Both the position numbers and the translations under genes were made by a program. From an uncultured Acidobacteriota bacterium (GTDB lineage: Bacteria; Acidobacteriota; UBA6911; RPQK01; JAPXNP01): 30,879 nucleotides of DNA. Every line of letters begins with the position of its first letter. Within the stretch, counting starts at the first letter, position 1. Shown here piece after piece: positions 22,901 to 30,879 of this stretch. The notes below the pieces were generated by a model, which did no database searches, was not told the origin of the DNA, and saw only the letters and a program-made list of their open reading frames with translations. The DNA is taken from contig CAVZRV010000003.1 of assembly GCA_963777605.1 (NCBI GenBank), forward strand, positions 1 to 30,879, in the 5' to 3' direction.

Positions 22901-23843
22901 AAAGTTTTCGGGAGTTGGTGGGCGCGGTGAAGGAGAAGGTGCTGGCGGCGCAAGAGCATGAAGAGGTGCCGTTCGAGAAGGTGGTGGAGGTACTGAAGCC
23001 GGAGCGGGACCTGAGTCGGAGTCCGCTGTTCCAGGTGGTGTTTGCGCAGCAGGAGCGCGGGGATTGGGGGCTGTCAGGACTGGAAGGGGAGCGGCTGGAA
23101 GGAGAGGGGGAACGGGTCCGGTATGAGGTGGAGTTTCATGTATGGGAAGGAGAGGCGGGGATCCGGGGAGAGATTCTGTACAACCGGGACCTGTTTGAGG
23201 AAGAGACGGTGAAGGGGATGGCGGGACACTACGGGAGGCTGGTGGGAGAGGCTGTGAAGGCCCCCGAGATTCCCCTCTCCCGGATTCTCCTGATGGGCCC
23301 GGGTGCGGCGTTCTTGTCGGGAGGGCTTCCCGGAAGCAGAGAGAGTATCAATCCAGGAGATGCAATCGGTGTTCTCTCCAGGACTGGAGATCGCACGGCG
23401 GACCCACAGCCGGAGCAAGTGGTTGCTGAGCACTCCGTTCGGGGAGGCCGGCAACGCGTGGAGCCCCGAAGTGACCTGGAACGCCTAATGGTGGACATTT
23501 GGGCGGAGACCCTGGGGCTTGAGTCCTTGGGGTTGAGGAGGATTTCTTCGCGCTGGGGGGGCATTGGCTCCTGGCGTTGAAGCTGATGGCCCGTGTTCGT
23601 GAGGCGCTGGGTTTTGAAATCCCGCTCCGCCGGCTTTTTGAGAATCCGACGGTGGCCGACCTTGCGGAGGCCCTGGTCCGTGAGGAACCTCGCCCGGGTC
23701 ACGCGGCCGAGGTCGCTGCGTTGTACGCGCGGGTTGCCGCGCTTTCAGAAGACGAGGCAGCCGAACAGCTGAGACAACTGAATTCTGAAAGGAGCCGCGG
23801 TGAAGTCGCGTCCGCCGGCTGCGAGCAAGTGGCAGTTGTTTGA
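16934..23843 (+). CDS. Non-ribosomal peptide synthetase 1: A-T-C-A-T-C-T (many indels)
   Basis: A1 ~16934-18450 ([38 protein letters not shown]). T1 LGGHSLL ~18590. C1 HHIATDGWS ~19170. A2 ~20140-21670 ([34 protein letters not shown]). T2 LGGHSLK ~21810. C2 HHIATDGWS ~22395. T3 LGGHWLL 23553-23573. Ends in a docking-like helix [10 protein letters not shown]. Confidence 0.9.
18778..20060 (+). repeat. Condensation-domain repeat, copy 1 (near-identical to 22004-23290)
   Basis: Line-by-line comparison shows long identical stretches. Differences are mostly single-base indels plus a few substitutions near the ends. Confidence 0.92.
22004..23290 (+). repeat. Condensation-domain repeat, copy 2
   Basis: Direct repeat of 18778-20060. 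This copy is an open frame from 22048. Confidence 0.92.
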
Positions 23844-26800
23844 GGCACTGGCCTCGAAGGAGGGACTGTCTGCGCGAAGCTCGATCAGCCCCCGCGGTGG
23901 TTCGGGACCCTTGCCGCTTTCGTTCTCACAGGAACGGATGTGGTTCCTGGAGCAATTTGGCCTGCACGGGCACTTTCACATTGTTGAGTCGGTCCGCATT
24001 CGAGGCCGGCTGGACGAGGGGCTTCTCTCCAGGAGCCTCGAGGAAGTCGTCAGACGACACCAGGTCCTTCGGACCCGGTACTTCTCCCACGAGGGGACTC
24101 CGTCCCAGGAGGTCATGTCGGAGTGGGCGTTCGAGGTGCCTCGAGTCGATCTCGAAGGCCTCTCTCCCGAAGAGCAGAAAGAACGGGCGCGCACCTGGGC
24201 GGCGGAAGAGAGCGTGCGGCCATTCGACCTGCAGACGGAACCGACTTTTCGAGCCCGGCTGCTGAAGTTTTCGGCAGAGGAATACGTGCTCCTTCTGGTG
24301 ATGCATCACATCTCCTCGGACGGTTGGTCGCTGAGTGTCTTTTGGCGGGAGGTCTCCGAAATTTACACCTCACTGGAGTCGGGTGGACCGGCCGATGTTC
24401 TGGTTCCACCCCCGATTCAGTACAGTGACTTTGCGATCTGGCAGCGGGATTGGCTCCAGGGCGAAGAACTGGAACGTCACCTCGCCTTCTGGCGGGAGGA
24501 ACTCTCCGGAGTTGCCCGTTCTCCAACTCCCGTCGGACCGCCTGCGCCCGGCGGTTCAGGGTCACCGGGGTGCAATCGTGCGGATGCGGGTTCCCGAGGA
24601 TTTAACGGGACGCCTGAAGGAATTGAGCCGGGACCAGGGAGCGACGCTGTTCATGACGATGATGGCTGCGCTTCAAGTTCTTCTCAGCCGGGTAAGCGGC
24701 CAGGAAGATTTTGGGATTGGGGTGCCGGTGCAACCGGGATCGTGAGGAGATCGAGAACCTGGTCGGTTTCTTTGTGAACAGCCTGGTGTTGAGAGCCGAT
24801 CTCAGCGGGCGACCGACGTTCGTCCAGTTGTTGGAGAGGGTCCGCAACGTCACTCTTCGGGCCCTGGCAACCAGGATCTGCCGTTCGAGAAAGTCCTGGC
24901 GGAAGTTCACCCGGAACGGGATCTCAGCCGGACTCCCCTGTTCCAGGTTGCCTTCAACATGCTGTTTTCTCCCGACTATCAGCCGCGGCTCTGTGAAGTT
25001 GGAGGTGGAGAGACTGCCCCTGGAGCAGGAGGAATGCCAATTTTGACTTCACGTTCTACGTTGCCGACGCCGGGCCTGAGATCGAGATTTCCGTTGTTTT
25101 CAACGCCGACCTGTTCTCCCGGGAGCGGATGGAGGAGTTACTGGGCCAGTACTGCCACCTGCTGGAGGATATCGAACGGGACCCGGGTCACGACGTGGGG
25201 GACTATTCACTGGTTACACCAACCTTCCGATCGCTCCTGCCCGACCCCCAGGCCGAGTTGGAGGACGACTGGAAGGGCCCGGTCTTCAGCCCCTTGAGCC
25301 GGTGGGCCGCCGAGGAGCCGGCCCGGATCATCGTCTCCGACCCGAAGAAGGACTGGACTTGCCGGGGAACTGGAAGTCGCCTCCAACCGGCTGGCGCGCT
25401 ACCTGCTTAATCGTGGAGTGGCCAGGGGTGAAGGTGATCAGCATATGGGCATCGCGAAGTGCAGCGCTGGTCTGGGCCGTCCTCGGGATCCTGAAAGCGG
25501 GAGCGGCGTTCCTGATCCTCGATCCGGCCTACCCTCCCGAGCGCCTGGCCGAGTACGTGCGCCAGGCTCGACCGAAAGGACTGCTCTCGATTTCCGACGC
25601 CGAACTTCCGGGTGAAGGGCGTGTAGACCTTGTTCCCTGGGTGGACACGATCCCGACCGGTACAGGATCGGCACTGGGTATCGGAGAAGCCCTGGATAGC
25701 CAGCCGGATACTCTCCCGGAAGTCGTGCTGACGGCCGGTGACCTTGCATACGCGACCTTCACGTCAGGGTCTACAGGCCGGCCGAAAGGGGTACGAGGGC
25801 TTCACGGTTCTCTCTCCCACTTCCTCCCCTGGATGACGGAATCATTTGGTTTGCGGGCGGAAGATCGTTTCAGCATGCTCTCGGGACTCGCTTTTGACCC
25901 CCTTCAGCGGGAGATATTCACTCCGCTCTGGGTGGGCGCCCGGATCCGTATTCCCGGTCCGGACCTGCTTGACGGTATCGGGCGGCTGGCAGACTGGCTG
26001 ATCCGCGATGCGATTACGCCTGCCCACGCGATCCGGCGATGAGCCAGATCCTGATGGAGGGGATTGACGAGTCGCGCAGCCTGGACGGCCTCCGCGATGT
26101 CGATTTCGTCGGGGACCGCCTGACCGGCGATCTCGTGAATCGCATGCGGCAGTTCGCCTCCTCGGCCACTTTCGTCAATTCCTATGGCTCTACTGAGACC
26201 CAGAGAGCGGTTGGCATCTTCGAGATTCCCCCGGGACAGGGCCTCTACCAGGAGAGCGAGGTCCTGCCAGTTGGGCGCGGCATACCCGATGTTCAGCTCC
26301 TGGTTCTGAACCCGTGTGGAGCGCTCGCCGGGATGGGTGAGCTGGGGGAGATCCTGGTCAGGAGCCCCCACATCGCCGGGGGCTACATTGGAAGTCCTCT
26401 CGACCGCGAAGCCGCCTTTATAACGAACCCGCTTCGAGACCGGGACGCTGACCCCGTCTACCGGACGGGAGACCTGGGCCGGTACCTGCCCGACGGTACG
26501 GTGCTTTTCCTCGGCGGAATGACGATCAGCTCAAGATCCGTGGAATCCGGGTCGAGCCGGCCGAGATTTCTGCGGTCATTGCCCGCCATCGCGACGTGCG
26601 CTCGAGTGTCGTCCTCGGGGAGCCAGGCAGCGACGGGCAGCCGATCCTGGTGGCGTATGCAGTCGTCGAACCGGGCCGGAGCCTGGACACCGGCGAGCTT
26701 CGCCGGCACGTCGGACGATTTCTTCCCCGCGCCCTGGTTCCGTCTGCATTCACCTTCCTCGAACGAATCCCGCTTACTCCGCGGGGAAAGATCGACCGGG

Positions 26801-28007
26801 CCGCCCTTGCAGAGGAGCGGGTGAGACAGTCCAGAAGCGAACGATCCGGATCGGAAGCCCATTCCGATCTCGAGAAGAAAGTCTTGCGGATCTGGCAGGA
26901 ACTTCTCGGAGCCGGCTCGTCGGGGACCCGGGACAACTTTTTTGACTGCGGAGGCCATTCGTTGCTCGCGGTCCGGTTCCTGTACAGGGTTGAGTCGGAA
27001 TTGGGGGTGAATCTCCCGCTGGCACTGTTCTTCCAGAATCCGACCGTTGAAGGGGTGGCCCAGGCAATCGAACGCCAGAAGGGACTGGCCCGCTGGCCAG
27101 CCCTGGTTTCAATCCGGCCGTCCGGATGGAGACCGCCCTTCTTTTGTATTCATCCGTTCTGCGGCGACGTGGTGGGATTCGGGATCTGGACGAAGTACCT
27201 GGATGATGAACAGCCGTTCTATGGACTGAGAGCCCGAGGCCTGGATGGGATTGGAAGTCCCAGCGATCGAATCGAAGATATGGCGGCCGAGTACATCGAA
27301 GCGATCCAGGGAATCCAGCCGACCGGCCCCTACTATCTGGGTGGATATGGGCCGGGTTCGGTGACTGCGTTCGAGATGGCTCGCCAACTGCGGGTCGCAG
27401 GTGAGGAGGTCGCGTTGACGGCGGTCATCAACTGCGCGGCTCCGGGATCGAGCTACCACTCGATCGACTGGAGTCCCCGCTTCCCTCTCCGTCTTCTCCG
27501 TAACCTTCCTTATTGGATCGCCGAGCTGGCGCGGCTGGGCTACGCCAAGTCCGTTTTCCGGTTTCACGAGCTCCTCCGTCGAGAGGTCCTGGTGTCGCGG
27601 ATGGCTCGCAGCCTGCGGCTGGTCACCCTCCTCCAGTCTGCCAAGTTGAAACTCAAGGCCAAGGCACGCCAGGTCATCGACGAACATGACCTGGCCCGTC
27701 TCGACAGCGGGGGAGTCCCGACCACCCACGAAATGCGGCAGTCACGAGTTGCCCGGGCCCACCGCGATGCCCTTGCCGGGTATTTGCCGCCGGGCAGCTA
27801 CCCTGGAGATTTGGTGGTTTTCCGAACGAAGCGCCAGCCTCTGCTCTGCTCCTTCGCCCCCGACCTCGGCTGGAGTGAAATCGTCACCGGCCGAATCCAG
27901 GTCATCGAAATCCCGGGTTCCACCCGGGCCCTCCTCAAAGAACCCTACGCCCGCTCGTTCGCCAAAGAGTGGGGAGGGTCCTCCAGCAGATCCAATCCCG
28001 GTCGTAA
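23800..28007 (+). CDS. Non-ribosomal peptide synthetase 2: C-A-T-TE-like (many indels)
   Basis: [12 protein letters not shown] and HHISSDGWS (C). [43 protein letters not shown] and GKIDR (A). [12 protein letters not shown] (T). PPFFCIHP...IEDMAAEY...GPYYLGGY (TE fold). The stop is inferred at TAA 28005-28007 after an indel; the uncorrected frame runs to 28254. Confidence 0.88.
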
Positions 28008-28633
28008 CCCGGCCGGCCCCTCCGGATCGTATCTCCGTTGCCGATTGTCGAGAATTCTGACACAGGGGTTTACTTGCGTCCACGTATCGTTCGGGCTGGA
28101 CAACCACAGATTGCAGTGCTCTTGTCTGCCCGATTCCCGGGTGAAGTCCGAAAGGCGCGTTGCCCGCCCGGCCCTTGAGCGGTCCGACTGGCCAATGACT
28201 TTTCCCCAGAATTTGGCCAATAAAATTCCCCACCTTGATTACGATCTATTCTGAATCCGAGTCAAAGAGATTTCCCGGGTTTGGTTTTCCTTTCTGCTCG
28301 GGGGCCAGCTAGGAGTCTGCGCGGCAGGAACCTCCGCGAACAAGTACGCGAGTGGTAATGAGCGCTTCTCCGGAAGCTCAATAACCAATACCAGTGCTGC
28401 CGAAAGCCGAATCCATCAGGGTTCGAAGCCAGATCCAGGTCTGGCGGTTGAGTTGATCAGGCGTCGCGCCCATTGCATTCGCGACCGAAACTTCCGGCCT
28501 CGGTCCGTCCTTTCCACGCTTCGCGCAACAGTTTCCCCGCTGAATACTTCCGCCGATCGGACGGCCCTGCCTATCTGTAACCGTTAGAGCCAGGACTCGA
28601 CACTCCGAGAGCCTTGAAGCCTCGCGAATTCTC

Positions 28634-28673
28634 AAAAGGAAACGGCCGGCTACCCTGGAGAGCAACCGGCCGT
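28634..28673 (-). terminator. Rho-independent terminator of the PEP-CTERM gene
   Basis: Minus strand ACGGCCGGTTGC-TCTCCAGG-GTAGCCGGCCGT followed by TTCCTTTT, about 40 nt after the corrected stop. Confidence 0.8.
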
Positions 28674-28713
28674 GATCATCAGCAGTTCTGATAGGCCAGA
28701 GAGGCGACTGCGA

Positions 28714-29330
28714 CTAGATTCGGCGTTTCGGCCAAGGCCCAGCAGTCCAAAACCCAAGAAAAACAGAGTGCCCGGCTCCGGGACGCGAAGAAGAAAAGCA
28801 TCACTGTCACTCTTCACCACATAACCACCGTCAATACTGCGAACATGGATTCCAATCGGCATCGCTCCGCTTGCGATCGCTGCAGCTACATCCGCAGGAG
28901 TATGGTTTCCAGCCAAGTAAAAGAAGAACTTCGCCGACTCTCCTGGCGAGAGACCTGCCGAAGCGTCGCTGCCCACATCCGCTTCAGGGCTCCAGTAAGC
29001 ATCAGACGGGTTGCCACCCGGCAGATGTCCTGGACTGGCAGAGTCGCTCCAACCAGTTTGGAGTGGGGTCACGTAGCCATTCAGTAATCCCAGAGAGTCA
29101 TGCCAGTAAATCTCTGTAAGGTTGGAAGCCACAGGTCCAAGATTGGAGAACAAGAAACCGATCTGTGTCCCTCCTGCCTCACTTGAGATCGTCAACTTGA
29201 ACTGGGATCCATCGAGTGTTGTGTTTCCGTCAAGACTGGATGAGTTGAAATAGAACACCGGATCCGCCATTGCTGGCGTCAGGCAAAGAAACAACAGGGC
29301 AATTAAGGCGAGAGAGGATTTTCTATTCAT
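28714..29330 (-). CDS. PEP-CTERM sorting domain-containing secreted protein
   Basis: Signal peptide MNRKSSLALIALLFLCLTPAMA, a Ser/Gly/Thr-rich body, then VPEPGTLFFLGFGLLGLG. Adding one A to the AAA run gives the typical basic tail RKRRI* (stop 28714-28716). GGAG RBS before ATG 29330. Confidence 0.9.
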
Positions 29331-29364
29331 AAGAAGACAAACTCCGTTTTCTCCTTTAACTTGC

Positions 29365-29381
29365 AGCATGATCCATGCCAG
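29365..29381 (-). promoter_or_regulatory. Sigma-54 (-24/-12) promoter of the PEP-CTERM gene
   Basis: Minus strand CTGGCATGGATCATGCT has GG-N10-GC with exact spacing against consensus TGGCACG-N4-TTGC, about 35 nt upstream of the ATG. Confidence 0.8.
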
Positions 29382-29489
29382 AGTTCTGAATGTGCATTAC
29401 ACAGAGCCACAAGAGAATTAGAATCTGCAGGTTACGGCAATGAAGTGGGTACTATGGAATTTGGCGATTCTCTGTAAATGGAGGGAAAG

Positions 29490-29506
29490 TGTCGGAAAAG
29501 ATTACA
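29490..29506 (-). promoter_or_regulatory. Putative enhancer-binding-protein site (PrsR/PEP-CTERM box-like), TGT-N11-ACA
   Basis: TGTAATCTTTTCCGACA on the minus strand, about 110 bp upstream of the -24 element. This is the usual position of a sigma-54 activator site. Confidence 0.65.
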
Positions 29507-29751
29507 GGGCTTGAAAGCCAGAAGTAATGATAGGTCCCGAGGTTTGCCGGCGGGTTCCTGGTTCAACGTTCCGGGTTCCTGTTCACACACTCCCAATTGG
29601 TGCGTTCCAACGAAAGATTCCTCAGCACGAGCAGTGAGACGCGGAAAACGGTCGTTCTCCTCAGGCCGGCGTCGGCGGGGCGGTCAGGAGGATCGGCCTG
29701 TGTCGGAGCTGACATGCCGCCCGACCGGGTCGGGCTCGGGGCCGTTCACTG

Positions 29752-29793
29752 AGTTGACCCAGGACTACGCCTTCGGCTGCGTCCTGGGCTACT
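29752..29793. repeat. REP-like GC-rich palindrome
   Basis: CCCAGGAC (29758-29765) pairs with GTCCTGGG (29781-29788) around a TTCG-containing inner hairpin. A second palindrome GCCCGACC-G-GGTCGGGC is at 29719-29735. Confidence 0.55.
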
Positions 29794-30078
29794 TCATAAC
29801 GCCTCGCCAGAAGCGGTGCTCAGCCCGAAGCCGGTGTCGGGCTGCACGACCCCCTCGAAGAAGCCGATCCCCAATACCCAAAAACCAAGCCCCAGGCACC
29901 GGAAACCTGAAACCCCGGAACCTCGAAACCCTTGAATCATCCATTTTCCGCCAGCGTACTCCGTGCCTCGGCAGCGCCGTCGAAATCAGCCGAAAGCTCG
30001 AGCGCCTTCCGCGATCTCTCCCTGGCGTGGTTATGCCGGCTGCTTGTCGGCGTTTAGGGGGCTGGTTCCTGGTCGCTC

Positions 30079-30879
30079 CTACCCAATTTCCGCCAGGGTG
30101 GTCTTTGCTTCGGCTACGCCGTCGAAGTCCTGCGACATCTCGAGCGCCTTGCGCAGGGACTGCTTGGCGTGGATGCTGTCGCCCTTCTTGAAATAGGCCA
30201 TGCCGAGGCGGTAGTAGTGCTGGGCCTGCGGTTCACCCTGGTTGACGGAGAACTCGTACTGGTCGACGGCGAGCGTGTAATTGCCCATCTTGTAGTAGAT
30301 GTAGCCGAGCGTGTCGGCATAATGCGCGTTCTGGCCGTCGATCTCGTCGGGCCCGCTGGGCCAGACTCAAGGCTTCGGTCAGGCTCTCTCCCCGGCTCGC
30401 GAGCAGCCAGGCCAGGTTATTGGCGGCCGCTCCGTAGCCAGGACTGTCTTCGGGAAAGAAATCCAGGCTCTTGCGATAAAACTGAACGGCCTCGGCACCG
30501 TCGCCCGAGGCATCGAGGTAGTAAGCCTTGAGGAGATAGGCCGGAGCGAACTGGTTGTTCTTGGCGATCAGTTCGTCCACTTCCTTGATCGCTTCAGGAA
30601 GCTTCTTCTGGGCCATCATCAGATCGCCCAGCAACAGGTAGGGTTGGTAGTCGTCGGGACTGACGGCGACCGCCTCCCGAAGTTCTTTCTCCGCCTGGGC
30701 GTAATCCCCCTTGGCCATGTAAACCCGGCCCTTCAACACGAGATAGATCTGTTTCTTGTCCGACTTGGTGGAGAGCTGGTCCAGCTCCCGAATGGCTTCG
30801 TCGTAGCGTTTCTCCTGAACCAGAACGGCCACCATGTCGTTCAGTGCATCCGTAACGTCGGGGTACTTGGCGAGCGCGC
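30079..30879 (-). CDS. TPR-repeat protein, PrsT-like (PEP-CTERM system), 3' end only
   Basis: Tandem TPR helices, AANNLAWLLA...ALSLAQRA, ADTLGYIYYKMG, YRLGMAYFKKGD and the C-terminal FDGVAEAKTTL. Adjacent to a PEP-CTERM gene. One frameshift near 30340. Confidence 0.82.

Noticed and set aside
18559-22959. Long Pro/His-rich minus-strand ORFs (366, 430 and 313 aa)
   Set aside because: Artefacts of the G-rich C-domain repeat read in antisense. No start signals or protein motifs.
18778-23290. The 1.28 kb repeat as an IS element or CRISPR-like array
   Set aside because: It encodes a condensation domain in frame. No transposase, terminal inverted repeats or spacer periodicity.
28282-28297. TGGTTTTCCTTTCTGC as a sigma-54 promoter downstream of the second enhancer-like box
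   Set aside because: GG-GC spacing is 11 rather than 10 and the -24 box is poor. It would need a homopolymer correction.
28378-28665. 95-aa minus-strand ORF
   Set aside because: Starts inside the PEP-CTERM terminator, with no RBS or recognisable motif.
29331-29369. Longer PEP-CTERM start at ATG 29369
   Set aside because: It overlaps the sigma-54 -12 element. ATG 29330 has an RBS and gives a clean signal peptide.
29478-30191. 237-aa plus-strand ORF
   Set aside because: Runs through the enhancer, the repeat arrays and antisense to the TPR gene. Arg/Ser-rich composition with no recognisable domain.
1-30879. rRNA, tRNA, CRISPR, integrase or transposase genes
   Set aside because: None recognisable by eye in this window.

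Overview
GC-rich bacterial DNA, probably Acidobacteriota-like (inferred from gene content), with dense single-base indels typical of unpolished long reads, so most genes are split across reading frames. The window is part of a PEP-CTERM-associated surface/exopolysaccharide locus. The + strand block 1-8649 encodes a GT4 end, Wzt and Wzm, a GT2, an ATP-grasp enzyme, an NAD-dependent epimerase, a metallophosphoesterase, a WecE/RffA aminotransferase and a GT4. Two large secreted carbohydrate-active proteins lie on the - strand (a beta-helix+Ig+CBM6-like protein and a DUF5060-like+clan GH-A hydrolase), and both end in the same PxxPRNLRV tail. A divergent + strand block encodes an HddA-like kinase, two Wza/SLBB export proteins and an ~11 kb two-gene NRPS (A[Val-like]-T-C-A[Thr]-T-C-T* and C-A[Lys2-like]-T-TE*). 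The window ends with a PEP-CTERM gene (enhancer, sigma-54 promoter, terminator) and the 3' end of a PrsT-like TPR gene. The NRPS is the most unusual part. It has a recently duplicated G-rich C domain, an A-less final module whose carrier Ser reads as Trp, an aminoadipate-reductase-like A domain and a thioesterase missing its catalytic triad. My hypothesis is that it makes a peptide that is attached to the exported glycan. The shared C-terminal PxxPRNLRV tag is a second candidate novelty.
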